Below, piece after piece: positions 38,014 to 49,531 of a stretch of 64,000 bases of DNA (position 1 is its first letter; every line of letters starts with the position of its first letter). Below the pieces are notes generated by a model that ran no database searches, was not told where the DNA came from, and was given only the letters and a program-made list of their open reading frames with translations. A program made the translations under genes and the position numbers. Where the stretch lies: the NCBI RefSeq assembly GCF_012927445.1, contig NZ_JABBPD010000004.1:529039-593038 (forward strand), in the 5' to 3' direction. The DNA comes from Rhodoferax sp. (GTDB lineage Bacteria > Pseudomonadota > Gammaproteobacteria > Burkholderiales > Burkholderiaceae_C).

Positions 38014-40290
38014 GTGAGTACACTTCTCAAATCAGCTTTCAGCAAGGTCCCTGCCACTGGTGCAAATAGTCAGCAGGCCATGCCCAGTCCGGCCGCCGCC
38101 AACGCAGCCGCAGCCAGTTTCGCCAGCCTGACGGCGAAACTCGACTACCTGTCCCCCACTGATCTGGAGCAGGTGCGCCTGGCCTACCGGTTTGCCGACC
38201 AAGCCCACTTGGGGCAACTTCGCAATAGCGGCGAACCCTACATCACGCACCCGATTGCCGTGGCCGCCCAGTGTGCGGAATGGAAACTGGATGCCCAAGC
38301 ACTCATGGCCGCGCTTCTTCATGATGCGCTGGAAGACTGCAGCGTCACAAAAGTAGAGTTGATTGAACGCTTTGGTTCCCCGGTGGCCGAACTTGTGGAT
38401 GGCCTGACCAAGCTCGACAAACTGCATTTCAATACCCGGGAAGAAAACCAGGCCGAATCGTTTCGAAAGATGCTGCTGGCCATGGCACGCGATGTGCGCG
38501 TCATTCTGATCAAGCTGGCGGATCGAACCCACAACATGCGGACACTGTCAGACGCGCCGCGCGAAAAATGGGGTCGCATCGCCTCTGAAACCCTGGATAT
38601 TTACGCGCCGATTGCGCACCGTCTGGGTTTGAACCAGACCTACCGGGAACTCCAGAACCTCTCTTTTTCCCATTTGCGACCTTGGCGCTTTGCCATTTTG
38701 TCCAAGGCCGTGGCCAAAGCGCGCAGTCGACGAAGAGACCTGATTCAAAAAGTGCAGCGGGAAGTCGAGTCCGCATTCGCCAGCAGTGGCATGAAAGTCA
38801 GGATCGCCGGACGGGAAAAAACACTGTACTCCATCTATCAAAAGATGGATGAAAAACACTTGAGCTTTGCCCAAGTCACTGACATCTATGGCTTCCGGGT
38901 GCTGGTACCCAGTGTGATCGATTGCTACACGGCACTGGGCACACTGCACCAACTCTACAAACCGGTGCCCGGCAAGTTCAAGGACCACATTGCCCTTGGC
39001 AAGGTCAACGGTTACCAATCGCTTCACACCACACTGGTTGGCCCCTCGGGCGTTAATGTGGAATTCCAGGTACGCACCGAAGCCATGCACATCGTTGCCG
39101 AGTCGGGCATTGCCGCGCACTGGCTTTACAAAGTCAACAACCCGCAAGATACAACGACCAGCGACCGGCTGGGCTCCAAGTGGTTGCAGTCACTTTTAGA
39201 AATTCAGGACGAAACACGGGATGCCGCTGAATTCTGGGACCACGTCAAGGTGGATCTATTCCCGGATGCCGTGTATGTTCTGACGCCAAAAAGCCAAATC
39301 ATGGCCATGCCAAGAGGGGCAACGGTGGTGGACTTTGCCTATGCAATTCACAGCAATATTGGGGACCGAACCCTGGCGGCAAAAATCAATGGCGAACAAG
39401 TGCCCTTGCGTACTGAACTCAAAAACGGTGACGTCATTGAAATCGTCACCGCACCAGTTTCAACACCCAACCCGGCCTGGCTGGGTTTTGTACGGACGGC
39501 GCGTGCGCGTTCAAAAATTCGTCAGCACCTGAAAACACTGGCCCAAGCCGACTCAGAAGGCCTGGGTGAAAAGATGTTGACACAGGCATTGCGAGCTGAA
39601 GGCATTGAAAAATTACCGGACGATACGGAAAAAAATCAGCTTATTTGGGAAAAATTACTGCGTTTTAGCGGCAACAAAAGCAAATCCGAGCTGTTAACGG
39701 ACATTGGCTTGGGCAAAAAAATTGCCACGATCATCGCGAAACGCTTGCTGACCCTGCTAACCGATAGCGGTGAAAAACAAGATGCCTTACTGCTCACACG
39801 CGAACGCTACACAGAGAACGAGACGGTGTCGCAGGGAAGCATCGTACTGGATGGAAGCGAAAATGCCTCGGTCCGGTTTGCACCCTGCTGCAGACCGGTT
39901 CCGGGCGATGGCATTGTGGGCTATCTGGGACGAGGCGAAGGACTGATCGTGCATGCCGACGACTGCGCCGTTGCGGTGAGGCTCAAACACAAGGACAGTG
40001 AGCGGTTTATCGGCGTGGAGTGGTCTGATGAGACTGTTCGCACGTTTGAAACCGAGATTCTGGTTACCGTCACCAATGGCAAGGGTGTGTTGGCCCGGGT
40101 GGCGGTGGCATTGGCGAACGCCGAGGCAGACATCACCCACATCGACATGGAAGATGAAGCCGCGCAAGATGCCACGGATTTACGTTTCATCATTGCTGTG
40201 CGTGACCGCAATCAGTTGGAAATTGCACTGCGTAACCTGCGAAGAACGCCCTCAGTGCTCAAGGCGCAGCGGGCCAAGAGCACGCAATAA
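38014..40290 (+). CDS. spoT: Bifunctional (p)ppGpp synthetase/hydrolase
   Basis: HD hydrolase motif (HPIAVA, LLHDALED), synthetase GYQSLHT/EFQVRT, TGS and C-terminal ACT domains; follows gmk-rpoZ. Confidence 0.96.
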   Translation: MSTLLKSAFSKVPATGANSQQAMPSPAAANAAAASFASLTAKLDYLSPTDLEQVRLAYRFADQAHLGQLRNSGEPYITHPIAVAAQCAEWKLDAQALMAALLHDALEDCSVTKVELIERFGSPVAELVDGLTKLDKLHFNTREENQAESFRKMLLAMARDVRVILIKLADRTHNMRTLSDAPREKWGRIASETLDIYAPIAHRLGLNQTYRELQNLSFSHLRPWRFAILSKAVAKARSRRRDLIQKVQREVESAFASSGMKVRIAGREKTLYSIYQKMDEKHLSFAQVTDIYGFRVLVPSVIDCYTALGTLHQLYKPVPGKFKDHIALGKVNGYQSLHTTLVGPSGVNVEFQVRTEAMHIVAESGIAAHWLYKVNNPQDTTTSDRLGSKWLQSLLEIQDETRDAAEFWDHVKVDLFPDAVYVLTPKSQIMAMPRGATVVDFAYAIHSNIGDRTLAAKINGEQVPLRTELKNGDVIEIVTAPVSTPNPAWLGFVRTARARSKIRQHLKTLAQADSEGLGEKMLTQALRAEGIEKLPDDTEKNQLIWEKLLRFSGNKSKSELLTDIGLGKKIATIIAKRLLTLLTDSGEKQDALLLTRERYTENETVSQGSIVLDGSENASVRFAPCCRPVPGDGIVGYLGRGEGLIVHADDCAVAVRLKHKDSERFIGVEWSDETVRTFETEILVTVTNGKGVLARVAVALANAEADITHIDMEDEAAQDATDLRFIIAVRDRNQLEIALRNLRRTPSVLKAQRAKSTQ

Positions 40291-40291
40291 A

Positions 40292-40852
40292 TTAGCGCAA
40301 CGTTGGCACGGGGTATTGAACGCTAACGACTTCAATCTCCACAATGGCGACAGGTGTCACCAACTGCAGAACGTCGCCAGTTCGGGCTTTCAACAGGGTT
40401 CTGGCAATGGGCGACACCCAGTTGACTTGACCCTGGGAACTGTCCGCCTCATCGATACCCAAAATGGTGACTGTTCGCGCCAAGCCCGTGTTGTCCAGGT
40501 AAGTCACACACGCACCGAAGAATATCTGGTCACTCCCATGATGAACGGCGGGATCGGTGACCTCCATAATTTCAATTCGTCTGGTCAAAAACCGGATCCG
40601 ACGGTCAATCTCGCGCAGACGTTTTTTACCGTAGATGTAATCGCCATTTTCAGAACGGTCGCCGTTGCTGGCCGCCCAATGCACAATTTCGACCACGCGT
40701 GGGCGCTCGTTATCAATCAAATCCAGCAATTCGCTATGAATACGGGCATAGCCTTGCGGAGTGATGTAATTTTTGCCGCCTGTTGGAACTAAGGGCAATT
40801 GCGGCTCATCATCGTCCGCGTCATCTGTTTCTTTGGTAAACGCCTTGTTCAT
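40292..40852 (-). CDS. greB: Transcription elongation factor GreB
   Basis: MNKAFTKE, YITPQG, WAASNGDRSENGDYIYGKKRLREIDRR, SPIARTL. Confidence 0.95.
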   Translation of the reverse strand: MNKAFTKETDDADDDEPQLPLVPTGGKNYITPQGYARIHSELLDLIDNERPRVVEIVHWAASNGDRSENGDYIYGKKRLREIDRRIRFLTRRIEIMEVTDPAVHHGSDQIFFGACVTYLDNTGLARTVTILGIDEADSSQGQVNWVSPIARTLLKARTGDVLQLVTPVAIVEIEVVSVQYPVPTLR

Positions 40853-40904
40853 GACAATTTCTCCGAATAGCGCATGCACTTTTATTTTCGAAGATACAAA
40901 AGAA

Positions 40905-40936
40905 AAAGGTCTGCAACTTTGCAGTTGCAGACCTTT
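40905..40936 (-). terminator. Hairpin/terminator downstream of tRNA-Arg
   Basis: AAAGGTCTGCAACT-TTGC-AGTTGCAGACCTTT perfect stem with adjacent A-run on the plus strand. Confidence 0.75.
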
Positions 40937-40943
40937 ACTTTTT

Positions 40944-41020
40944 TGGTGCGGCTGGCAGGAATTGAACCCACGACCCCTTGGTTCGTAGCCAAGTACTCTA
41001 TCCAACTGAGCTACAGCCGC
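40944..41020 (-). tRNA. tRNA-Arg(ACG)
   Basis: GCGGCTG acceptor, CTTGG-CTACGAA-CCAAG anticodon arm, CCA end. Confidence 0.97.
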
Positions 41021-41048
41021 CAAGAACTAAATTATAACCTACTTTAAT

Positions 41049-41125
41049 TGGTGGGCCGTCACAGACTTGAACTGTGGACCAAAGGATTATGAGTCCTCTG
41101 CTCTAACCAACTGAGCTAACGGCCC
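41049..41125 (-). tRNA. tRNA with CAT anticodon, probably tRNA-Ile2 (lysidine)
   Basis: GAGGA-CTCATAA-TCCTT arm; overall sequence resembles ileX-type rather than initiator or elongator Met. Confidence 0.9.
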
Positions 41126-41149
41126 AACCTCAGTTCAGATTGTAAAGGT

Positions 41150-42154
41150 CTACTTGTGATAACTCAGAGCGTTGCTGACCAATTTTGACGTAATGTCCAC
41201 AATCTGGATCATTCGGTCATAGGCCATGCGCGTGGGGCCAATGACGCCCAAGGTGCCGACCACTTGGCCATCCACCTCGTAAGGGGCACTGACGATGGAC
41301 AGATCTTCGAACGGCACGACCTGGCTTTCACCACCAATAAAAATACGCACGCCTTCCGCCTGGCCGGCAATATCCAGCAAGCGCATAAGTTGTGCTTTTT
41401 GATCAAACAATTCAAAAGCACGCCGCAGGTGACCCATGTCATTGGAAAAGTCGGAAACAGCCAACAGGTTTCGCTCGCCGGAAATAACCACCTCGTCTTG
41501 AGTCTCTGAAATGGCATCCGAGCTGACGGCCACTGCCGCCTGCATCAGACTGGCAATTTCCGAGCGGAGCGATTCAACCTCATTTTTTAACCGTTCGCGA
41601 ACCTGCTCAATCGCCAGGCCAACGTAATGACTATTGAGGTAGTTCGCCGCTTCAACCAGCTGAGCCTGCGAATAATCTACCTCGGTAAAAATCACCCGGT
41701 TTTGCACGTCGCCCTCGGGAGAAACGATGATGACCAGCAAACGTCGCTCCGACAGCCGCAAAAACTCGATGTGCCGGAAAACGGATGAGCGACGCGGGGC
41801 AATGACCACGCCGACAAACTGGGACAAACTGGAGAGCAGATTGGCCGCATTGGAAATCACTTTTTGCGGTTGATCGGGCGCCAGACTGTGCGCGGCAAAC
41901 TGACCTTGCCGCACTGTCAGCATGGTGTCGACGAACAACCGATAGCCGCGCGCCGTTGGAATGCGCCCCGCCGAGGTGTGCGGGCTGGCAATCAGCCCGA
42001 GATCCTCCAGATCAGACATGATGTTTCGGATGGTGGCGGGTGACAAATCCAGCCCCGAGGCTTTGGAGAGCGTGCGCGAGCCCACCGGCTGCCCATCGGC
42101 GATATAGCGCTCGACCAGCGCTTTCAATAACAACTTGGCGCGGTCATCCAACAT
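41150..42154 (-). CDS. hrcA: Heat-inducible transcription repressor HrcA
   Basis: [42 protein letters not shown]. Confidence 0.97.
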   Translation of the reverse strand: MLDDRAKLLLKALVERYIADGQPVGSRTLSKASGLDLSPATIRNIMSDLEDLGLIASPHTSAGRIPTARGYRLFVDTMLTVRQGQFAAHSLAPDQPQKVISNAANLLSSLSQFVGVVIAPRRSSVFRHIEFLRLSERRLLVIIVSPEGDVQNRVIFTEVDYSQAQLVEAANYLNSHYVGLAIEQVRERLKNEVESLRSEIASLMQAAVAVSSDAISETQDEVVISGERNLLAVSDFSNDMGHLRRAFELFDQKAQLMRLLDIAGQAEGVRIFIGGESQVVPFEDLSIVSAPYEVDGQVVGTLGVIGPTRMAYDRMIQIVDITSKLVSNALSYHK

Positions 42155-42176
42155 GGTGGCATTTTAGTGATGTAAT

Positions 42177-43079
42177 TTGTCGATGAAATCGAAATTTCGG
42201 CAGGTTGCGTTAATAGGTAAATACCAGACGGTCGCGTCGGGTGCTTCAGGGGCGCTCTCACGCAGTGCGCTGGAAGACATTGCCCATTTTTTACATGCCC
42301 AGGGTTGTGAGGTGGTTTTGGAGCATGACACGGCGCAAAACATGGGCATTTCCGGTTATCCGGTCTTGACTGTTCCCGAGATTGGCGTGCGATGTGATCT
42401 GGGCCTGGTGGTTGGCGGCGATGGCACCATGCTGGGCATTGGCCGCCAGTTGGCCCACTTTGGCGTGCCATTGATCGGCATCAACCAAGGTCGGCTGGGG
42501 TTCATCACCGACATTCCGTTTGACAGCTTCACGTCCACGCTGGCACCCATGCTGCGGGGCGAGTATGAAGAAGACCATCGCAGCCTGATGCATGCCCGGG
42601 TCATGCGCGATGGCCAATGTGTCTTTGACGCGTTGGCCATGAACGATGTGGTGGTGAATCGTGCCGCCACCTCGGGCATGGTGGAGTTGCGCGTGGAGGT
42701 GGATGGCCATTTTGTGGCGAACCAGCGGGCCGATGGCTTGATCATTGCCACGCCCACCGGCTCGACCGCTTATTCTTTGTCGGCTGGGGGGCCGCTGCTG
42801 CACCCGTCCATTCCAGGCTGGGTGCTGGTGCCCATTGCGCCACATACTTTGTCAAACAGGCCCATTGTCCTCGCCAATGTTTCGGAGATTGCTATTGAAA
42901 TAGTAGCAGGACGGGACGCCAGCGCCAGTTTCGACATGCAATCGCTGGCGTCGCTGCTGCACGGTGACCGCATCGTGGTGACGCGCTCGAAGCATCACGT
43001 CCGGTTTTTACACCCCAAAGGCTGGTCCTACTTTGACACATTGCGCCAGAAATTACATTGGAATGAAGGAGTAGCCTGA
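42177..43079 (+). CDS. nadK: NAD+ kinase
   Basis: [36 protein letters not shown]. Confidence 0.96.
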   Translation: MSMKSKFRQVALIGKYQTVASGASGALSRSALEDIAHFLHAQGCEVVLEHDTAQNMGISGYPVLTVPEIGVRCDLGLVVGGDGTMLGIGRQLAHFGVPLIGINQGRLGFITDIPFDSFTSTLAPMLRGEYEEDHRSLMHARVMRDGQCVFDALAMNDVVVNRAATSGMVELRVEVDGHFVANQRADGLIIATPTGSTAYSLSAGGPLLHPSIPGWVLVPIAPHTLSNRPIVLANVSEIAIEIVAGRDASASFDMQSLASLLHGDRIVVTRSKHHVRFLHPKGWSYFDTLRQKLHWNEGVA

Positions 43080-43081
43080 CC

Positions 43082-44731
43082 GTGAGCTTAAAACGTATTG
43101 TCTTGCGCGATTTCGTTATCGTGAGCGAGCTTGATCTTGATCTTGCCAGCGGCTTCACCGTCCTCACAGGCGAAACGGGGGCCGGTAAATCGATCCTGAT
43201 TGATGCGCTGCAACTGGTCACCGGCGGTCGGGCTGATGTCGGCGTGATCCGTGAAGGCAGCCATCGCACCGATGTCAGCGCCGAGTTCGATGCCACGGAA
43301 GCTTTGACCGTCTGGCTGGATGCAGCCGGATTTGACACCGGCGACAGCCTCCTGTTGCGTCGTACGGTAGACACCCAGGGCAAGAGCCGCGGCTGGATCA
43401 ACGGCAGCCCGGCCACGGCCACCCAACTGCGCGAGATCGGCGAGCAACTGCTGGATATTCATGGGCAACACGCCTGGCAAAGCTTGACCCGCCCGGATGC
43501 AGTCCGGGGCCTGCTGGATGCCTACGCTCGAGTCTCGTCCGCCGCACTGGCTCTACTTTGGCAACGCTGGCGGCAAGCGCAACACGACCTGACGCAAGCC
43601 CACGCCGCCCAAGAATCACGGCTGCGTGAGCGTGAACGCCTGGCATGGCAGATTGGTGAAGTTGACAAACTGGCGCCGCAGCCCGACGAGTGGAATGAAC
43701 TCAACACCGAACACGGCCGCCTGTCCAACGCGCAAGCCCTGCTGGATGCGGCACAAGGCGCCGTTCAGACCCTGGACAACGAAGACGGCGGTGCGCTGGG
43801 CACGCTGCACAACGCCTGCCAAATGCTACAACAACAAGAGCACCTGGAACCCTATTTCAGAGGGCTAACCGAGGTTTTAGCATCCAGTCTGGCCCAGGTG
43901 GAGGACACGGCTCATTCACTGAGGGCCTACCTGCGCAAGACCGAACTTGATCCACAGCGCCTGGGTGAACTTGATGGGCGCATGGCCTTGTGGTTATCTC
44001 TGGCCCGACGCTACAAACGAGCGCCTGCGGAATTGCCCGGTTTGTTGACAGCCTGGAGGCAGGAACTGGCAGATCTCGATGCGGCGGCTGATTTGGCAGG
44101 ACTGGAAGCAGCCCAGACCGCCGCGCTGGACGCCTACATGCTGGAGGCCAAGCGGCTTTCGAAGGCGCGCGCCAAAGCGGCACCACTTCTGGGCAAAGCC
44201 ATCACCCAGGCCATGCAGGGTCTGGGCATGCAAGGCGGCCAATTCGAGGTTGCGCTGCAAAAGTCAGCGCAACCGATGCAAAGTGGCCTGGAAGAGGTCA
44301 GCTTTCTGGTGGCCGGGCATGCCGGCAGCACCCCCCGGCCTGTCAACAAGGTGGCATCGGGCGGCGAGCTGTCCCGCATGGCACTGGCCATCGCAGTCAC
44401 GACCAGCCAGCTCGGTACCGCGCAGACGCTGATTTTTGACGAAGTCGACTCCGGCGTGGGTGGCGCGGTGGCCGAGACCGTGGGCCGCCTCATGAAGCAA
44501 TTGGGCGTTGACCGGCAGGTCCTCGCCGTCACCCACCTGCCGCAAGTAGCCGCCTGTGCAGATCACCATTTGGTGGTTGCGAAACAGCTGCAAGGCAAGT
44601 CGACGGTGAGCTCCGTGAACGCGGTGCAGGGCGAACAACGGGTGGCAGAAGTGGCGCGCATGCTGGGTGGCGAGCGCCTCTTGGGCACCACGCTGGCGCA
44701 CGCCAAGGAAATGCTGCAAGCGAGGGAGTAA
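43082..44731 (+). CDS. recN: DNA repair protein RecN
   Basis: [39 protein letters not shown]. Confidence 0.97.
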   Translation: MSLKRIVLRDFVIVSELDLDLASGFTVLTGETGAGKSILIDALQLVTGGRADVGVIREGSHRTDVSAEFDATEALTVWLDAAGFDTGDSLLLRRTVDTQGKSRGWINGSPATATQLREIGEQLLDIHGQHAWQSLTRPDAVRGLLDAYARVSSAALALLWQRWRQAQHDLTQAHAAQESRLRERERLAWQIGEVDKLAPQPDEWNELNTEHGRLSNAQALLDAAQGAVQTLDNEDGGALGTLHNACQMLQQQEHLEPYFRGLTEVLASSLAQVEDTAHSLRAYLRKTELDPQRLGELDGRMALWLSLARRYKRAPAELPGLLTAWRQELADLDAAADLAGLEAAQTAALDAYMLEAKRLSKARAKAAPLLGKAITQAMQGLGMQGGQFEVALQKSAQPMQSGLEEVSFLVAGHAGSTPRPVNKVASGGELSRMALAIAVTTSQLGTAQTLIFDEVDSGVGGAVAETVGRLMKQLGVDRQVLAVTHLPQVAACADHHLVVAKQLQGKSTVSSVNAVQGEQRVAEVARMLGGERLLGTTLAHAKEMLQARE

Positions 44732-44735
44732 TGCG

Positions 44736-45626
44736 ATGAAAACCGGACCCCTGAATTTGCAGATCGTTCTCATCACAGGCATGTCGGGCTCCGGCAAGTC
44801 GGTGGCATTGCATGCGCTGGAGGATGCCGGCTTTTTCTGCGTCGACAACCTGCCGCCGGAATTGCTGGTGCCCTTTGTGGCACTGGAAAAAGAGCATAAA
44901 GCCACGCGGGTAGCGATTGCGATGGATGTTCGCACCGCAACGTCACTGCCCCTGCTGCCCGAGCAGCTCGCGGTCCTGAAAACACAGGGCATCATGGTGA
45001 AGTCCCTGTTTCTGGATGCCACCACCGGAACGCTGGTACGCCGCTATTCTGAAACCCGGCGCAAGCACCCGCTGTCGCAAGCTGCCTCCGTACATTCGGC
45101 CCAGGACCAGCGACGTGCGCTGGTGGATGCCATTGAACTGGAACGTGAGCTGCTGGCTGATCTGCGGGAAAACGCCCATGTCATCGACACCAGCATCATT
45201 CGGCCCTCGCAGTTGCAGGGCTATGTCAAATCACTGATTACCACTCCCGGCGAGCAACTGACGCTGGTATTCGAGTCGTTTGCCTTCAAGCGCGGGGTGC
45301 CAGGCGACGCCGACTATGTATTTGATGTCCGCATGTTGCCCAACCCGCACTATGAGCCTGAACTGCGTCCGTTGACGGGGCAGGATGAGCCGGTCGCGGC
45401 CTTCCTGCGTGAGCAGGCCGATGTGGCGCAAATGCTTGAACACATCCAGAAGTTTCTGACTTACTGGCTTGACGGGTTGGCGCGCGATCACCGCAGCTAT
45501 GTCACGGTGGCCATTGGCTGCACTGGCGGGCAACACCGATCGGTCTACCTGGTGGAACAACTGGTGAAGTTGTTTGAGGACAAGTGGGTCACGCTGAAGC
45601 GCCACCGGGAACTGGAAACCCGCTGA
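44736..45626 (+). CDS. rapZ: RNase adapter RapZ (YhbJ)
   Basis: [36 protein letters not shown]. Confidence 0.95.
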   Translation: MKTGPLNLQIVLITGMSGSGKSVALHALEDAGFFCVDNLPPELLVPFVALEKEHKATRVAIAMDVRTATSLPLLPEQLAVLKTQGIMVKSLFLDATTGTLVRRYSETRRKHPLSQAASVHSAQDQRRALVDAIELERELLADLRENAHVIDTSIIRPSQLQGYVKSLITTPGEQLTLVFESFAFKRGVPGDADYVFDVRMLPNPHYEPELRPLTGQDEPVAAFLREQADVAQMLEHIQKFLTYWLDGLARDHRSYVTVAIGCTGGQHRSVYLVEQLVKLFEDKWVTLKRHRELETR

Positions 45627-45643
45627 TCAGGCTCCTAACCCGC

Positions 45644-46678
45644 TTATTCCTGCGCTAGCAACTTTCTGACGGGCGCCGGTAGGCCCAAGCGAGGCCACTC
45701 ATCAGCGGCGAGCCAGGCGCCCTCTGACGACCCGATGGCAGAAGGTGGTAATTGCACCTGAACCGGGTGCAGATGCAGGTCTTTGTGGGTCAAGACATGG
45801 GTAAAAACAGACCCGTCTTGCAGCGCCGAACGGTAGCGAGCAGGCACAGCAAGTTCCAGCGCCTCGCGGTTGTCAAACAAGGGAAAGCAATAGAGCCCCG
45901 CCCAGACGCCCGGAGTCGGCCGCTTGCTCAGCCACACGGAAGCATCGCCAGTCTGCGCCCACAGCAACCAGATCGACTGCGCGCTGCGTTTGAGTTTGCG
46001 TGTCTTCACGGGGTATTTTTCGGGCTGCCCCTGCTCCCGTGCCACACAGGACTGAGCGAGCGGGCAAACTCTGCAATCAGGCTTTTTAGTGGTGCAAACC
46101 GTGGCGCCCAAATCCATCACGCCCTGCGTATAACGCGGCATGGCATGCAACAGATCATGCACCGGCAGCAATTTTGAAGCTTCTTCCCACAACAGCCGCT
46201 CGTTGGCCGCGCTGGACAGATCGGCATCAAAGCCCAACACGCGGGTCAGCACGCGTTTGACATTGCCATCCAGAATGGCAACCCGCTCAGCAAAGCACAG
46301 GGAGGCAATCGCCGCCGCTGTGGAGCGCCCGATGCCCGGCAATGTTTGAAGTTGTTCAGCTGACTGCGGAAAAACGCCACCGTGTAAACCCATCACCGCA
46401 ACGGCGCACAAATGCAGGTTGCGGGCGCGGCTGTAGTACCCCAGACCACTCCACAAGCCCAACACGTCATCCAGCGGGGCCGCCGCCAGCGCAGCCACAT
46501 CAGGAAAGCGAGCCAGAAAGCGAGGAAAATAATCCAGCACGGTCGCCACCTGTGTCTGCTGCAGCATGACTTCGGACAGCCAGACGCGGTAGGGATCGCG
46601 CGTGTTCTGCCACGGCAAATCGTTGCGCCCATGCGTTTTCTGCCAAGTCACGACCTGGACGGCCAAATCTATCTGCAC
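45644..46678 (-). CDS. mutY: A/G-specific adenine glycosylase
   Basis: WLSEVMLQQTQV, GLGYYSRARN, LPGIG, DGNVKR, C-X6-C-X2-C-X5-C. Confidence 0.97.
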   Translation of the reverse strand: MQIDLAVQVVTWQKTHGRNDLPWQNTRDPYRVWLSEVMLQQTQVATVLDYFPRFLARFPDVAALAAAPLDDVLGLWSGLGYYSRARNLHLCAVAVMGLHGGVFPQSAEQLQTLPGIGRSTAAAIASLCFAERVAILDGNVKRVLTRVLGFDADLSSAANERLLWEEASKLLPVHDLLHAMPRYTQGVMDLGATVCTTKKPDCRVCPLAQSCVAREQGQPEKYPVKTRKLKRSAQSIWLLWAQTGDASVWLSKRPTPGVWAGLYCFPLFDNREALELAVPARYRSALQDGSVFTHVLTHKDLHLHPVQVQLPPSAIGSSEGAWLAADEWPRLGLPAPVRKLLAQE

Positions 46679-46684
46679 GGTAGG

Positions 46685-48646
46685 TTAGACCCGCTCAAGT
46701 GCGCGGGTCGTCTCGGGACGCACCCGGTCCGTCGCGTTGATCAAATAGTCAGTCAGCTCTGACAATTTGGCCTCCAATTGCTGCAAGGCGTCTCCCCGGG
46801 CTTGAATTTCACTAATTCGGTCGTCCAGTCCACCGGACGCCTGTTGTATGCGGTCAATGGCTTCCAGGCGGCGAGCGAAGTTTCGGCGGCGCTCCCGCAA
46901 CTGCGCATCCAGCTGGGCGGCGGCCGATTTACTCCACAACTCAATATCGGCCAATGCCGCTTCGTGGATGGCGCGAAGACGGGTGGAAAGTGCCCGCACC
47001 AGTCGATCCGCAAACTCGGGTTGCGCCAGCCGGAAGGCGTTGCCAATGCCCAGGTACTGTAAATGGCTGCGCTCCACCAGATCAAGATCGTGCCGGTATC
47101 CGGCCAGAGAAGGTTCGGTCGGAGCCTGCAACGAAAAGCCGTGCTCGGCATTCAATTGCCGGAACGTTGCCGCCAGCATGGATTGAATCTCCTCACTGAT
47201 GGCTTGCACCTTGCGCAGACTCGCGCGCAGCTGCTCAAAGGTGTCGCCATAGGCGCGCTTGACGCCCAGCTTGAGGCCTTTTTGCTGCAAGACCGCCGTG
47301 AGTTGTGCCATTTCTTTTTTGAGCGCAGTTGGCCCCAGCAGGCTGAACACCTCACGCAGCAGCTTCAGGTGGACCGAGCGCACGGCGTGAATTTTTGCCC
47401 CACCCAGATCAAATTCGGTCTGCTCTTGCGAAATCCGGGAGCGCATGCTCTTGATCACCGGCGAATTTTTGCCTTGAAGCCCCTTGAGTTCCAGCATCTG
47501 CTCCGTCAGATCACATCGACGAATATTGATGACCCGTCCCGCCTCGGTGCGCAACTCTGAAATGCCACTGAAGACGGCCGCCCCCAGCATTTTTTGCCGC
47601 TGCCCCATGATGCCCTGGCTCAAGGCCTCTTCAAGCGCAGGCAAGCAACTGAGTTCCAGCAGGGCTGCATCGTCTGTCACCTTGGCAACCAGCCCCTTTT
47701 GCGCAGACACCGGAATGACCTGTTGCACGGGAATGCCCAAAATTTCGGCGGTGGAGGCCCGTTGGCGCTCAATTTGCGCCTGAACCTGCGCCGGGGAACT
47801 CAGGGCATCCCACAAGGTATCAATCTTGTTGAGCACCACCAGTCTGGTACTTATATCGTTCGAATCATTGACCAGATGCTCGCGCCAAATCGAAAGATCC
47901 GATTTGGTCACCCCGGTGTCGGCACCCAAGAGAAAAACGATGGCATGCGCTTGCGGAATCAGGCTGACCGTGAGTTCCGGCTCGGCACCAATGGCGTTCA
48001 GCCCAGGGGTGTCCAGAATCACCAGTCCCTGCTTCAACAGCGGATGCGCAATATTGATCAGTGCATGCCGCCACCGGGGGACTTCGACCAGGCCTTGGGC
48101 GTCGACCATCGGGTTGTCTTCCGGCGCTTCAAGCTGCCAGAAGCCAAGTGACCTCGCATCGTCCTGCGTCACGCGGCGGGTTTCAGCCACCTTTTCAAGC
48201 GCAGCAGACAACTGCTTGGGATCATTCACATCCAGATCAATGCGGGTCCATTTTTCAGGCACCATGCGCCACTCCATCAGCGACTGGGGATGCAGGCGCG
48301 TTTCAATGGGCAAGAGGCGCAGACAAGGCGGTACGTCTGCGTCATAGCCCATCTCGGTCGGGCACATGGTCGTTCGCCCGGCGCTGGCGGGCATGATGCG
48401 ACGACCATATCCGGCAAAGAAAATAGCGTTGATCAACTCGGATTTCCCGCGGGAAAATTCCGCCACAAAAGCCACCATGACTTTGTCGGCGCGCACCCGG
48501 GCTTCCAGTCGTTGCAGGCGCTCCTCCACGGCGGCATCCAGCAGTTCGTGGTCTTTCATCCACTCGGCCAGTAACTTCAGCCGAAGGGCAAACTCACGCC
48601 GCCACGTACCGTGTTGGTCAAACTGTTCGTTGAATGAAGTACCCAA
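46685..48646 (-). CDS. Bacterial dynamin-like GTPase
   Basis: AEFSRGKSEL (G1), GRTTMCP, LDTPG (G3), NKID (G4), helical C-terminus; TTG start with GGAGG RBS. Confidence 0.85.
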   Translation of the reverse strand: MGTSFNEQFDQHGTWRREFALRLKLLAEWMKDHELLDAAVEERLQRLEARVRADKVMVAFVAEFSRGKSELINAIFFAGYGRRIMPASAGRTTMCPTEMGYDADVPPCLRLLPIETRLHPQSLMEWRMVPEKWTRIDLDVNDPKQLSAALEKVAETRRVTQDDARSLGFWQLEAPEDNPMVDAQGLVEVPRWRHALINIAHPLLKQGLVILDTPGLNAIGAEPELTVSLIPQAHAIVFLLGADTGVTKSDLSIWREHLVNDSNDISTRLVVLNKIDTLWDALSSPAQVQAQIERQRASTAEILGIPVQQVIPVSAQKGLVAKVTDDAALLELSCLPALEEALSQGIMGQRQKMLGAAVFSGISELRTEAGRVINIRRCDLTEQMLELKGLQGKNSPVIKSMRSRISQEQTEFDLGGAKIHAVRSVHLKLLREVFSLLGPTALKKEMAQLTAVLQQKGLKLGVKRAYGDTFEQLRASLRKVQAISEEIQSMLAATFRQLNAEHGFSLQAPTEPSLAGYRHDLDLVERSHLQYLGIGNAFRLAQPEFADRLVRALSTRLRAIHEAALADIELWSKSAAAQLDAQLRERRRNFARRLEAIDRIQQASGGLDDRISEIQARGDALQQLEAKLSELTDYLINATDRVRPETTRALERV

Positions 48647-48695
48647 ATATCCTCCGCTTATTGGTTCAATATAGCACCACACATCGTTGTGATGC

Positions 48696-49511
48696 TCAAG
48701 CTTTCTGACAATTGGGACAGTAAAAAGTCGACCGCTGACCTTGCCGCAAAGACTTGATGGGTGTGCCACACACCCGACAGGCCTGCCCTTCCCGTCCGTA
48801 GACCATCGCATCCAACTGGAAATAGCCATTCTCACCGCTGGCACTGGAGAAATCCCGCAGGGTGCTGCCGCCCTTGGCCACCGCGCGTTGGAGCACATCC
48901 TGGATCGCCGCGTGAAGCTTGGCGACGCGCGGTCGGGTTAAGCGCGCCGCACTCAAAGTCGGCCGGATACCGGCCAAAAATAGCGCCTCGGAGGCGTAAA
49001 TATTCCCCACGCCCACCACCACATCACCCGCCAGCAACACTTGTTTGATTGCTGCTTTGCGCCGCTTCAGGCCAGCGTAGAACTGCTTGACCTCAAAATC
49101 ATCGGACAAGGGCTCCATGCCGAGCTTCCCCAGCAGCTTGCGGGCCTCGGGGGCGTCCTCACTGTCGGCATAGACCACCGCCCCAAATCGGCGGGGGTCA
49201 TTGAGCCGCAGTATGCCGTGGGTGGTCAGCATTTCGAAATGGTCATGGACGCCCGCCGGCGGCAACTGCTTGGCAAACCTCACACTCCCGGACATGCCCA
49301 AATGCAGCAGCAGCAAGCCGTGATCAAGATCAATCAGCAAATATTTGCCACGTCGGCGCACGGCCAGCACCGTTCGTCCGACTAATTGAGTCGTAGCGCA
49401 ACCCAACGGCCATCGCAAGGCTTTGCCCAAGCAGACGGACAGCACTTTCGCGCCTGCGATGGCGTCGGCAAAACTCAAGCGCGTCACTTCAACTTCGGGT
49501 AATTCAGGCAT
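48696..49511 (-). CDS. mutM: Formamidopyrimidine-DNA glycosylase
   Basis: [38 protein letters not shown]...CXXC zinc finger. Confidence 0.98.
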   Translation of the reverse strand: MPELPEVEVTRLSFADAIAGAKVLSVCLGKALRWPLGCATTQLVGRTVLAVRRRGKYLLIDLDHGLLLLHLGMSGSVRFAKQLPPAGVHDHFEMLTTHGILRLNDPRRFGAVVYADSEDAPEARKLLGKLGMEPLSDDFEVKQFYAGLKRRKAAIKQVLLAGDVVVGVGNIYASEALFLAGIRPTLSAARLTRPRVAKLHAAIQDVLQRAVAKGGSTLRDFSSASGENGYFQLDAMVYGREGQACRVCGTPIKSLRQGQRSTFYCPNCQKA

Positions 49512-49531
49512 GACAAAAAAATTGAGCAGAC

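Noticed and set aside
37975-38015. Possible seventh copy of the dispersed repeat upstream of spoT
   Set aside because: Only scattered short matches; lacks the GCTA...TAGC core and the ACGGGGGCTA tail
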